Source: Gaiellaceae bacterium
GTDB taxonomy: Bacteria > Actinomycetota > Thermoleophilia > Gaiellales > Gaiellaceae
Direction: 5' to 3'
DNA length: 64,000 nt
Assembly (NCBI GenBank): GCA_035630545.1
Contig: DASQKK010000084.1
Span: 3,405 to 67,404 of the forward strand
Made by a program: the position numbers and the translations under genes. Positions 25,370-34,068 of this stretch are shown in pieces. The notes beneath the pieces are model-generated. The model searched no databases, was not told the DNA's origin, and was given only the letters and a program-made list of their open reading frames with translations. The first letter of the stretch is position 1; the number at the start of each line of letters is the position of its first letter.

Positions 25370-25412
25370 GAGGGTTTGGCGGCGGCTCAGCCGCTACTTC
25401 GCCAAACCCTCC
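25369..25412. terminator. strong bidirectional hairpin between convergent genes
   Basis: 13-bp stem GGAGGGTTTGGCG / CGCCAAACCCTCC with nested GCGGC-TCA-GCCGC. Confidence 0.65.
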
Positions 25413-26270
25413 TTAGAGCGGCTTGCAGCCGTTGCCGCTGCGGCCGGCGAAGATCTGCCGCTGGTGCGCGTTCGCCTGCTTCTCGCGGGCCAGGTCGAAC
25501 GGACCAGCGGGCTCGCCTTCCCACATCACGTCGGGGACGACACCGGGGCCGATCACCGTCGCGCGATAGCGCGTCCCGTTGCCGACCGGCCGCGAGCCGT
25601 GTGGATAGAAGCCGTAGCAGAACGCCCCGTTCGGCCGCTGGGCGAGAAAGCTGTTCTCCCGCCGCCATCCGGCTCCGTACCGCGAGTCCCGCGTATCCAG
25701 AAAGAGGTTGCGGCCGTAGTCGTCGAGCGGGCTTCCCTGCGGTGTCGCCCGGAAGCCGTGCACGGGCCGGCCCTGATAGCTGTAGCGCCCGTAGAGATGG
25801 TCGAACCGCCGATACGCCCAGTCGGTCCAGACCTCGAGCACGGGAAGCGGCCCCGACCAGTGGGAGAGGCGGAGCTCCCAGCCGCCGGTCGTGCCCCCGT
25901 AGTTCGGCTTCAGCCGCTGCCAGCGCTGCAGCGCCCAGTACGAGCCGTCCGGGGCCTTGCACGCGGCGACGACCCAGGCGAGCGGCGGCCCGTCGTAGCG
26001 GCCGCAGCCCGCCCCGGGAATCGAGGAGGCTCCGTAGCGGAGGTGGAAGGAGACCTGCGGCACCCCGGGCCGGGGCGGGCGGGCGTTGATCGCGTTCCCG
26101 GCGACGGCGTGGCGCGTGGCGCCGTCCTCGGACCAGCTGACGTGGGCCTGGCCGGCGCCGTTCACCTCCAGGCCGGCGCGGCCCCCGTCACGGCCGATCA
26201 GCTCGGAGGCGGCGGCGTCGCCGGCGAAGACGAACGCGGCGAGTGCAAGCGTGCAGGCACGGGCGAGCAT
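25413..26270 (-). CDS. secreted hypothetical protein (Trp/Tyr/Gly-rich)
   Basis: ORF 25413..26414, start taken at MLARACTLALAAFVFAG (AAGGAG upstream). No family recognised. Confidence 0.7.
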   Translation of the reverse strand: MLARACTLALAAFVFAGDAAASELIGRDGGRAGLEVNGAGQAHVSWSEDGATRHAVAGNAINARPPRPGVPQVSFHLRYGASSIPGAGCGRYDGPPLAWVVAACKAPDGSYWALQRWQRLKPNYGGTTGGWELRLSHWSGPLPVLEVWTDWAYRRFDHLYGRYSYQGRPVHGFRATPQGSPLDDYGRNLFLDTRDSRYGAGWRRENSFLAQRPNGAFCYGFYPHGSRPVGNGTRYRATVIGPGVVPDVMWEGEPAGPFDLAREKQANAHQRQIFAGRSGNGCKPL

Positions 26271-26308
26271 TGGCTCCTTCCGTCGCTGGCGGGTCACGGT
26301 AGCGCAGA

Positions 26309-27121
26309 TCAAACGGCAACGACCCGGTTCCGGAGCGTCCCGATCCCGTCGATCTCGGCCTCCACCACGTCGCCCGCGGCCAGCGAGCGCGGCGGCTCCA
26401 TGAACTCGCCGCACCCCCAGGGAGTTCCGGTGAGCAGGACGTCGCCGGGCTCGAGCGTGAAGCTATGCGAGCAGAACGCGAGCAGCTCGGCGACGCCGAA
26501 GACCATCTCGGCGGTCGAGGACTCCTGCATCACCTCGCCGTTGACTCGGGTTCGCAGTGCCAGCGCCTGCGGGTCGGCGATCTCGTCGGCGGTGACGACG
26601 ACCGGCCCGAGCGGGCAGAACGTGTCGAAACTCTTGGCCCGCACCCACTGGCTCTCCGAGAACTGAACATCCCGCGCCGAGACGTCGTTGCCGACCGTGT
26701 AGCCGAAGACGTGGTCGAGCGCGTCGCGGGCCGCGACGCGCCGCAGCGTCCTACCGACGACGACCGCGAGCTCGACCTCCCAGTCCACGCGTGAGGTGAG
26801 CGTCCCGTCGAGCTCGATCGCGTCCGTCGCGCCGATCACGCTCGAGGGGAGCTTTGCGAACACGAGCGGCCGCTCCGGGCGCTCGAGGCCGGACTCGCGA
26901 ATGTGGTCGAGGTAGTTGAGCCCGATCGCGACGACTTTTCCCGGCCGGAGCGGAGCAGCCGGCACGCCGTCGACCGGCTCGCAGACCTGCAGCTGCCGCG
27001 GGTCGTCGCCGCCGCGGAGGAGCGCGGTCAGGTCGGCGGACGTGTCGAGCCGCCGGTGGCCACCGCCGCCGGCGACCGCCAGGCATTCGCCCCCGTCCGC
27101 TCGGAGTGTCGCGAGCCGCAT
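26309..27121 (-). CDS. fumarylacetoacetate hydrolase (FAH) family protein
   Basis: Last 270 aa of ORF 26309..27577 ([10 protein letters not shown]). [19 protein letters not shown]. Confidence 0.88.
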   Translation of the reverse strand: MRLATLRADGGECLAVAGGGGHRRLDTSADLTALLRGGDDPRQLQVCEPVDGVPAAPLRPGKVVAIGLNYLDHIRESGLERPERPLVFAKLPSSVIGATDAIELDGTLTSRVDWEVELAVVVGRTLRRVAARDALDHVFGYTVGNDVSARDVQFSESQWVRAKSFDTFCPLGPVVVTADEIADPQALALRTRVNGEVMQESSTAEMVFGVAELLAFCSHSFTLEPGDVLLTGTPWGCGEFMEPPRSLAAGDVVEAEIDGIGTLRNRVVAV

Positions 27122-28841
27122 GCGACCAACGTACAGTCGCACCGTGGGAGGCGAACAGGAGGCGCTCCGTCGTCGCGCGCGGGCCGGGCTGGCCGCCGCC
27201 GCCGAGCGCGCACCCGCCCGAGCGCACTTCCGCGCGATGGGGATCGACCCGGCGCGCCTCAGCGGTCCGGTCGTCGGCGTCGCCTCGACGTGGACGGGGA
27301 CGATGCCGTGCAACCTGAACCTGCGCGAGCTGGCCGACCGCGTCGGTGAGGGAGTAACCGCAGCCGGCGGCATCGCGCTCGGCTTCAACACGATCGCCGT
27401 CTCCGACAACCAGTCGCAGGCGACGCCCGGGATGCGCGCCTCGCTGATCTCGCGCGAGGTGATCGCCGATTCGATCGAGCTGATGGTGCACGCGCACGAC
27501 TTCGACGGTGTCGTCTGCCTGGTCGGCTGCGACAAGACGGTCCCGGCGGCGCTGATGGCGCTCGCGCGGGTCGACAAGCCCGCAGTCGTCGTCTACGGCG
27601 GGCCGATGCGCGCCGGACGCTGGCGCGGCCGCGAGGTCACGATCCAGGACGTCTGGGAGGCCGTCGGCGCGGAGGAGCGCGGGCTGATGCCGCGGGCCGA
27701 CCTCGACGAGCTCGAGCAGCACGCCTGTCCGGGCCCCGGCACGTGCGCCGGCCACTTCACCGCGAACACGATGGCCGTCGCCCTCGACTGCCTCGGGCTC
27801 GCGAGAATCGGGGACGGGCTGATCCCGGCAGACGAGCACGAGGCGAAGAACGAGGCGGCGACCCAGGCCGGCGCGCTCGCCGTGCGCCTCGTCGAGCAGG
27901 GGATCACGGCGCGCAGCTTCCTCGACCGGCGCGCGCTCCTGAACGCGATGGCCGGGATCGCGGGAAGCGGCGGCTCGACGAACGGGATCCTGCACCTGCT
28001 CGCGATCGCGCGCGAGGCCGGGACGCCGCTGTCGCTCGCGGACCTCGCCGGGGTGGCGAGCCGGACACCGGTGCTGGCGAGCCTCGCGCCGTCCGGACAC
28101 TTCATGGCGGAGGACTTCCACCGGGCGGGCGGCACGGCCGCGCTGATCCGCGAGCTCGTGCGAGGCGGCCGGCTCGACGGCTCGGCGCCGACGGTGACGG
28201 GCCGGACGCTCGCGGAGGCCACGGCAGACGCAAACGCGCCGGACGGCGCGGTGCTCCTGCCGCTGGAACAGCCCTTCAAGCCGAGCGGCGCGCTCCACGC
28301 GCTGCACGGCAACCTCGCTCCCGAAGGGAGTCTCGTCAAGCTCGCGGGCACCGAGCGCCGCGTGCACTCCGGCCCTGCGCGCATCTTCGACAGCGAGGAA
28401 GCGTGCACCGACGCCGTCCGATCGGGGCAGGTACAGACCGGGGATGTGCTCGTCGTCCGCTACGAGGGGCCTGCCGGCGGACCCGGGATGCGGGAGCTGC
28501 TGAGCGTGACCGCGTCGGTCGTCGGCGCGGGCCTTGGCGAATCGGTCGCGCTCGTCACCGACGGGCGCTTCTCGGGCGCCACGCGCGGACTGATGGTCGG
28601 CCATGTCGCCCCGGAGGCTGCGCGCGGCGGCCCGCTCGCGATCGTCGCCGACGGAGACACGATCACGATCGACCTCGAAGCCGAGACGCTCGCGGTCGAC
28701 CTCGACGACGCCGAGATCGCCGAGCGCCTCGCCGCCTGGCAGCCGCCGCCGCTCCGCTACGCAGGCGGCGTCTTCGCGCGTTATCGGGCACTCGTCGGCT
28801 CAGCGTCCGAGGGCGCCGTCCTCCTCCCCCAGGTGACGTGA
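27120..28841 (+). CDS. IlvD/Edd family dehydratase (context suggests a sugar-acid dehydratase)
   Basis: In frame with ORF 26916..28841. [44 protein letters not shown]. The start may instead be the GTG near 27145. Confidence 0.88.
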   Translation: MRPTYSRTVGGEQEALRRRARAGLAAAAERAPARAHFRAMGIDPARLSGPVVGVASTWTGTMPCNLNLRELADRVGEGVTAAGGIALGFNTIAVSDNQSQATPGMRASLISREVIADSIELMVHAHDFDGVVCLVGCDKTVPAALMALARVDKPAVVVYGGPMRAGRWRGREVTIQDVWEAVGAEERGLMPRADLDELEQHACPGPGTCAGHFTANTMAVALDCLGLARIGDGLIPADEHEAKNEAATQAGALAVRLVEQGITARSFLDRRALLNAMAGIAGSGGSTNGILHLLAIAREAGTPLSLADLAGVASRTPVLASLAPSGHFMAEDFHRAGGTAALIRELVRGGRLDGSAPTVTGRTLAEATADANAPDGAVLLPLEQPFKPSGALHALHGNLAPEGSLVKLAGTERRVHSGPARIFDSEEACTDAVRSGQVQTGDVLVVRYEGPAGGPGMRELLSVTASVVGAGLGESVALVTDGRFSGATRGLMVGHVAPEAARGGPLAIVADGDTITIDLEAETLAVDLDDAEIAERLAAWQPPPLRYAGGVFARYRALVGSASEGAVLLPQVT

Positions 28842-28846
28842 CCGGC

Positions 28847-29710
28847 TCAGCCCGCGAAGAACGGCTGCGCCGGCGGCCCCGAGACACCGGCGTCGGTGAC
28901 GAAGACGCTGCCCGCCAGCGGCTGGCGGCTTCGCCGCTCGGCAGGCAATTCGACCGAGGCCGATGTCACGTAGAGAGAGCGGCCGTCGTCGCCGCCGAAG
29001 CAGCATGCCGTGACGTTGTCCGCCGGCACGTCCAGCACCCGGATGAGCTCGCCGTCCGGGCTGTAGCGGCGGATGGCGGCGCGTCCCCAGAGCGCGACCC
29101 AGATGCCGCCTTCGTCGTCGACAGCGAGGCCGTCGGGGATGCCGGCGCCTCGCTCGATCACGATCACCGGCCGGCGCTCCGAGATCGCACCGGTCGCCAG
29201 GTCGAAGTCGAAGGCATCGACGCGGTAGGCCATCGAGTCGATGTAGTACATCGTCCCGCCGTCGGGCGACCAGCCGAGCCCGTTCGAGAGCGTCACGTCC
29301 TCGAGCACGCGGTCGAGGCCCTCGCCGCTCGAGTAGCGGTAGAGCGCGCCCTGGCCGGGGGCGAAGTCGAGCGCCAGGCTTCCCACCCAGAACCGGCCGG
29401 CCGGATCGCAGACGCCGTCGTTCAGCCGCAGCCCCTCACCGTGCGGGATCTCGACCAGGGTGCGGGCCGACTCGCTGCCGAGATCGACCACGGCCAGTCG
29501 TCCGGCGAGTGCGACCAGGACGTCGCCGGCGGTCGTCGGGGCGGCGGCACCGACGCGGTCGTCGAACAGGATCGAGCGATCGTCGCCGCTCGCGGGATCG
29601 AAGACGTGCAGCGCGCGCGACTCGATGTCGACCCAGAGCAGTCGTCCGGTTGCGGCGTCCCAGCGTGGACACTCGCCCAGCAGCGCGCCGACGCCGATCG
29701 CAACTTCCAT
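28847..29710 (-). CDS. SMP-30/gluconolactonase/LRE family lactonase
   Basis: ORF track, 287 aa. LGECPRWD, SNGLGWSPDG, PDGLAVDDEGGIWVA. Confidence 0.88.
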   Translation of the reverse strand: MEVAIGVGALLGECPRWDAATGRLLWVDIESRALHVFDPASGDDRSILFDDRVGAAAPTTAGDVLVALAGRLAVVDLGSESARTLVEIPHGEGLRLNDGVCDPAGRFWVGSLALDFAPGQGALYRYSSGEGLDRVLEDVTLSNGLGWSPDGGTMYYIDSMAYRVDAFDFDLATGAISERRPVIVIERGAGIPDGLAVDDEGGIWVALWGRAAIRRYSPDGELIRVLDVPADNVTACCFGGDDGRSLYVTSASVELPAERRSRQPLAGSVFVTDAGVSGPPAQPFFAG

Positions 29711-29724
29711 CGGGAGAACGTCGC

Positions 29725-31104
29725 ATGAATGCGGCCGTCCTGTCGCGAGAGCTCGCCGCGGCCGTCGATGCGCCCGTGCTCGACGGCGATGCGGTCGCCC
29801 CGTATCTGCTCGACGCGACCGAGGCGCGCGGGCTCCGCGGCCGCGCGGATGCAGTCGTGCTCGCGAGGACGGCCGACGACGTCGCCGGCGTCCTGACCTG
29901 GTGCTACGAGCACGACGTCCCGCTCACGACCCGGGGCGGCGGCAGCGGCTACGCCGGCGGGGCGGTTCCCGACGGCGGCGTGGTCGTCGCACTCGCGGGC
30001 CTGAGGTCGGTGCGGTCGATCGAGCCGCTGCAGTGGCGAGCCGAGATCGAGAGCGGCGTGACGACGCATGAGGTGCACCGACTCGCGCTCGAGAACGGGC
30101 TCTACTACCCGCCCGACCCCGGCGCGGCCGAGCAGTCCCAGCTCGGCGGCAACGTGGCAACCAACGCGGGCGGCCCTCACGCGTTCAAGTACGGCGTCAC
30201 CGGCGCGTGGGTGACGGGTCTCGAAGTCGCGATCGCGCCGGGCGAGCTCGTCACCTTCGGTCGCGGCCTGCGCAAGGACGTGGCCGGCTACGACGTCCGC
30301 TCGCTCCTGGTCGGATCCGAGGGCACGCTCGGGATCGTGACCGCCGTCCGTCTGAGGCTGATTCCACCGCCGCAGGCCCGGCGCCCGGTCGTCGCGTTCT
30401 ACGGCGACGCCGCTGCGGGAACGGCCGCCGTCGTGCGCGCGATGGCGAGCGGGACGGTGCCGGCTGCGATCGAGTTCCTCGACGGCGCCGCGTTCGCGAT
30501 CTCCGGACGCGCCTTCCCGCTCGCCGTCGAACGTGCGGGCCGACCCGCCTTCGTCGTGATTGCCGAGGCCGACGGCAGCGAGGAGGAGGCCGCGTCGGGC
30601 CAGGTGCTGCTGCGAGAGGCGCTCTCGGCCGATGCAGAGGACGTGCTGACGCCGTCGCGGCCCGAGGAGGTCGCCGCCCTCTGGCGCTGGCGCGACGGCA
30701 TGGGGATCGCCGCCGACGGCTACCGGGGCGGCAAGGTGAGCGAGGACGTCGGCGTCCCCGTGGAGCGGCTGGCCGAGGTGATCGCGGCGACTCACGAGGC
30801 GGCGGCCGCGGGGCAGCTGGACGCGTGCTGCTGGGGTCACGCCGGCGACGGCAACGTGCACTCGTCGTTCCTCTTCGACGGCGGCGACGCCGCTGCGGGT
30901 CTGCGGGCCGCTGCAGCCGCCGAACGCGTCTTCGACGCCGCGCTCTCGCTCGGCGGCACCGTCACCGGCGAGCACGGGATCGGGCTGGTCAAGGCGGCCC
31001 AGCTCCCGAAGCAGCTCTCAGCCGCCGCCCTCGGGATCCACCGCGCCGTCAAGCAGCTCTTCGACCCGAAGGGCCTGCTCAACCCGGGTAAGAAGGTCGC
31101 GTGA
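29725..31104 (+). CDS. FAD-linked oxidase (GlcD / D-lactate dehydrogenase family)
   Basis: ATG in frame with ORF 29509..31104. TRGGGSGYAGGAVP, GTVTGEHGIG. Confidence 0.85.
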   Translation: MNAAVLSRELAAAVDAPVLDGDAVAPYLLDATEARGLRGRADAVVLARTADDVAGVLTWCYEHDVPLTTRGGGSGYAGGAVPDGGVVVALAGLRSVRSIEPLQWRAEIESGVTTHEVHRLALENGLYYPPDPGAAEQSQLGGNVATNAGGPHAFKYGVTGAWVTGLEVAIAPGELVTFGRGLRKDVAGYDVRSLLVGSEGTLGIVTAVRLRLIPPPQARRPVVAFYGDAAAGTAAVVRAMASGTVPAAIEFLDGAAFAISGRAFPLAVERAGRPAFVVIAEADGSEEEAASGQVLLREALSADAEDVLTPSRPEEVAALWRWRDGMGIAADGYRGGKVSEDVGVPVERLAEVIAATHEAAAAGQLDACCWGHAGDGNVHSSFLFDGGDAAAGLRAAAAAERVFDAALSLGGTVTGEHGIGLVKAAQLPKQLSAAALGIHRAVKQLFDPKGLLNPGKKVA

Positions 31105-31826
31105 ACGACCGTCACCTCAGCCGCCGCACGGCGCTCGTCACGGGTGCGGGCTCGGGGATCGGAGCAGCCGTCGCACGTCGGCTCGCCGGGGACGGCACCA
31201 GGGTGATCCTCGCCGACCTCTCACGGGACGCGGTCGAGGCTCTCGCCGCGGAGCTCGGCTCCGAGGCCCGCGCCCTGCAGCTCGACGTGCGCGATGAGGA
31301 GCAGGTCGCGCCGGCGATGGCCGGCCTCGACGTGCTCGTCAACGTCGCGGGGATCGGGTCGACGACGAACGCCCCCGAGACGCCGCTCGAGGTCTGGGAG
31401 GACGTCTTCGCCGTCAACGCGCGGGGCACGTTCCTCTGCTGCAAGCACGCGATCCCCGAGATGGCCGCGCGGGGCGGGGGGTCGATCGTGAACGTCGCGT
31501 CGGTCGCCGCCCTCGTCGGCCTTCGCAACCGCGCCGCCTACTGCGCGTCGAAGGGCGCGGTCGTGGCGCTGACACGCGCGCTCGCCGTCGACCACGTGGC
31601 CGACGGCATCCGCGTCAACGCCGTCTGCCCCGGCACCGTCGACTCGCCCTGGGTACGGCGCCTCGTCGAGGAGGTCGGCGAGTCGCTCGACGCGCTGCGC
31701 GCCCGGCAGCCCCTGGGACGGCTGGGCACGACCGACGAGATCGCCGAGGCCGTCGAGTTCCTCGTCTCCGCCGAGTTCGCGACGGGAACCGTGCTCGTCG
31801 TCGACGGCGGCCTCACCGCCGCCTGA
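31101..31826 (+). CDS. short-chain dehydrogenase/reductase (SDR)
   Basis: ORF track, 241 aa. TGAGSGIG, NVAS, YCASKGAV. Confidence 0.9.
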   Translation: MNDRHLSRRTALVTGAGSGIGAAVARRLAGDGTRVILADLSRDAVEALAAELGSEARALQLDVRDEEQVAPAMAGLDVLVNVAGIGSTTNAPETPLEVWEDVFAVNARGTFLCCKHAIPEMAARGGGSIVNVASVAALVGLRNRAAYCASKGAVVALTRALAVDHVADGIRVNAVCPGTVDSPWVRRLVEEVGESLDALRARQPLGRLGTTDEIAEAVEFLVSAEFATGTVLVVDGGLTAA

Positions 31827-32887
31827 TGCAGGCGCTCGTCGTCACGCCCGGCGAGGCGCAGTCGGCGCGCGTCGCCGACGTCCCGCAGCACGCGGTGCGC
31901 GAGGGCGAGGTGGCCGTGCGGACGCTCGAAGTCGGCGTCTGCGGTACCGACCGGGACATCTCCGCGGGACTCTTCGGCGTCGCCCCCGAGGGAGACGACC
32001 TGCTCGTTCTGGGCCACGAGTTCCTCGGCGCCGTCGAGCAGGACGGGCACGGACTCTCGCGCGGCGACCTCGTCACCGCGATCGTGCGCCGCTCGTGCAC
32101 GCATTGCCTCGCGTGCAGCGAGGGCGCTCCCGACTCGTGCCTCACCGGCGACTACAGCGAGCGCGGGATCACACGTCTGCACGGGTTCGCACGGGAGCTC
32201 GTGGCGGAAGACCCGGCCCAGCTGATCAACATCCCGCCGTCGCTCGGACGGCTGGGCGTGCTTGTCGAGCCGGCGTCGATCTGCGAGCGCGGGATCCGGC
32301 ACGCCCGCTCGATCGGCGGCCGCCAGCCGTGGGAGCTCCAGCGCGCGCTCGTAGTCGGGACGGGCGCGATCGGGATGCTCTCGACGTACCTGCTCCGCCT
32401 CGCGGGACTCGACGTCTGGACGGCCGCCCGCAGCCCGGCGGACAACCCGCGGGCCCAGCTCGCGGCCGCGTCGGGCGCCCGCTACGTCTCGACGGCGGCA
32501 GAGCCCCTGGCAGACCTTCGAGCAGAGGTCGGCGGCTTCGACCTCGTCGTCGAGGCGACCGGCAACGCCCAGGTCATGGCCGACACGATCGGGCTGCTGC
32601 GCCGGAACGGCGTCGCCTGCCTGCTCGGACTCGACCCGCGCCGCCGGAAGGTCGAACTCGACGCAGACGTGATCGGGGTCGACGCGATCCTCGAGAACCG
32701 CGCCGTCTTCGGCAGTGTCAACGCGAACCGGAGCGACTGGCTCGCCGCCGTCGAATCGCTCGGGCGCGTCCACGAGCGCTGGCACGACGAGATGCATCGG
32801 TTCGTCGGCCTGCGCGTCCCGCTCGACCGGTTCGCGGAGGCGTTCGACCACACCGGGGTCAAGGCCACGCTCGTGCTCCAGGACTGA
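31826..32887 (+). CDS. zinc-dependent MDR dehydrogenase, glucose/aldose 1-dehydrogenase-like
   Basis: ORF track, 353 aa. VGVCGTDRD, GHEFLG, second Zn site CTHCLACSEGAPDSC, GTGAIG. Confidence 0.85.
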   Translation: MQALVVTPGEAQSARVADVPQHAVREGEVAVRTLEVGVCGTDRDISAGLFGVAPEGDDLLVLGHEFLGAVEQDGHGLSRGDLVTAIVRRSCTHCLACSEGAPDSCLTGDYSERGITRLHGFARELVAEDPAQLINIPPSLGRLGVLVEPASICERGIRHARSIGGRQPWELQRALVVGTGAIGMLSTYLLRLAGLDVWTAARSPADNPRAQLAAASGARYVSTAAEPLADLRAEVGGFDLVVEATGNAQVMADTIGLLRRNGVACLLGLDPRRRKVELDADVIGVDAILENRAVFGSVNANRSDWLAAVESLGRVHERWHDEMHRFVGLRVPLDRFAEAFDHTGVKATLVLQD

Positions 32888-32889
32888 CT

Positions 32890-32917
32890 GGAGCGGCCTC
32901 CGGGTGGAGGCCGCTCC
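32890..32917. terminator. bidirectional hairpin
   Basis: 12-bp stem GGAGCGGCCTCC / GGAGGCCGCTCC with loop GGGT, followed by a GGGCTTTTC run. Confidence 0.65.
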
Positions 32918-32930
32918 GAAGCCGGGCTTT

Positions 32931-33206
32931 TCAGCCGCGCTCTCCGTCGTGACGGAAGCCGTACTTCGCGACGACCCACGTGCCGAGGAACGCGAACAGC
33001 GCGACGGCGACGGCCGACGGGACCGTCGTGGAGTCACCGGCTACGCCGTGGCTGACGATGTCAGGCCCGTAGACCGCGTCGAACAGGACCGAGAGCCACA
33101 TGACGATGATCGTCAGCGAGGCCCACATCTCCGGCACGAGGAGCCTGGACGACGTGCGAGGGGTCTCCTCGACGACCCGCGGCGTCTCGTGCGGAATCGT
33201 TGTCAT
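32931..33206 (-). CDS. small membrane protein (91 aa, 2 TM helices)
   Basis: ORF 32931..33332, start taken at MTTIPHETP with GAAGGAGGTG upstream. Confidence 0.6.
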   Translation of the reverse strand: MTTIPHETPRVVEETPRTSSRLLVPEMWASLTIIVMWLSVLFDAVYGPDIVSHGVAGDSTTVPSAVAVALFAFLGTWVVAKYGFRHDGERG

Positions 33207-33410
33207 CTCACACCTCCTTCGACCTACCGATGGCCCCGCGGCGACCCGTGGAGCATCCGGGGTGCCCCCGATCCGCGATGCGTACATCCGCGCAACCGAC
33301 CGCGCGGGGGGCGGATTGCGGCTCAGCCGCAACCCGATTCACGGGATCCCCCGATGGCGTCGAGGCACCGCTGAGCGATCTTGTGCACAACCGCACGAGG
33401 GAGGGACACC

Positions 33411-33545
33411 ATGAACATCGGGCTAATCGTCGTCTTCGCCGTCGTGATCGCGGGCGCGCTGTTCGTCGCGTACGGCCTGATCCGGCCGTTCACGCATACC
33501 CACCACGACCACCGCGATGTCTTCCACCCGCCGCACCTCGACTGA
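33411..33545 (+). CDS. 44-aa membrane peptide with a His-rich tail
   Basis: ATG 5 nt after GAGGGAGGGA. MNIGLIVVFAVVIAGALFVAYGLIRPFTHTHHDHRDVFHPPHLD. Not in the ORF track (below 60 aa). Confidence 0.45.
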   Translation: MNIGLIVVFAVVIAGALFVAYGLIRPFTHTHHDHRDVFHPPHLD

Positions 33546-33563
33546 CAGGCGGAGCGGCGGCGG

Positions 33564-34043
33564 CTAGCTCGGAGCGAGCCGCCGCCGCGCCTCGTCGATG
33601 ACCTGCTCGGCCTCGGCGCGGTTGCCGTAGCCCCGCGTCTCCGTCTTCTTCTCCTCGAGGTCCTTGTAGACCTGGAAGAAGTGCTCGATCTCGTCACGGA
33701 ACTCGGAGGGGATGTCGTGGATGTCGTGCACGCGCATCCACGCCGGATCCTTGAGCGGGACGAGGATCACCTTCTCGTCCGGCCCCTTCTCGTCGGTCAT
33801 GTGGAAGACGCCGACGACGCGGGCCCGGATACGGCAGCCGGGGAACGTCGGCTCACCGACGAGCACGAGCGCGTCGAGCGGGTCACCGTCCTCGCCGAGC
33901 GTCCCCTCGATGAAGCCGTAGTCGGCCGGATAGCTCATCGAGGTGAAGAGGCGCCGGTCGAGCACGACGTGGCCCGTCTCGGCGTCGACCTCGTATTTGT
34001 TCCGCGAGCCCATCGGCACCTCGACGAAGACCATGACGTCCAT
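33564..34043 (-). CDS. ppa: inorganic pyrophosphatase (family I)
   Basis: Last 159 aa of ORF 33564..35072. NKYEVD, YPADYGFI, EDGDPLDALVL. Confidence 0.93.
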   Translation of the reverse strand: MDVMVFVEVPMGSRNKYEVDAETGHVVLDRRLFTSMSYPADYGFIEGTLGEDGDPLDALVLVGEPTFPGCRIRARVVGVFHMTDEKGPDEKVILVPLKDPAWMRVHDIHDIPSEFRDEIEHFFQVYKDLEEKKTETRGYGNRAEAEQVIDEARRRLAPS

Positions 34044-34068
34044 GGTCGCCGAGCCTACACTCGGTCGG

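Noticed and set aside
27120-28841. Calling this gene ilvD of branched-chain amino-acid biosynthesis
   Set aside because: The family is certain. However, the context (lactonase, aldose dehydrogenase, SDR, FAH) and the deviating active-site segments point to a sugar-acid dehydratase, so no gene symbol is given.
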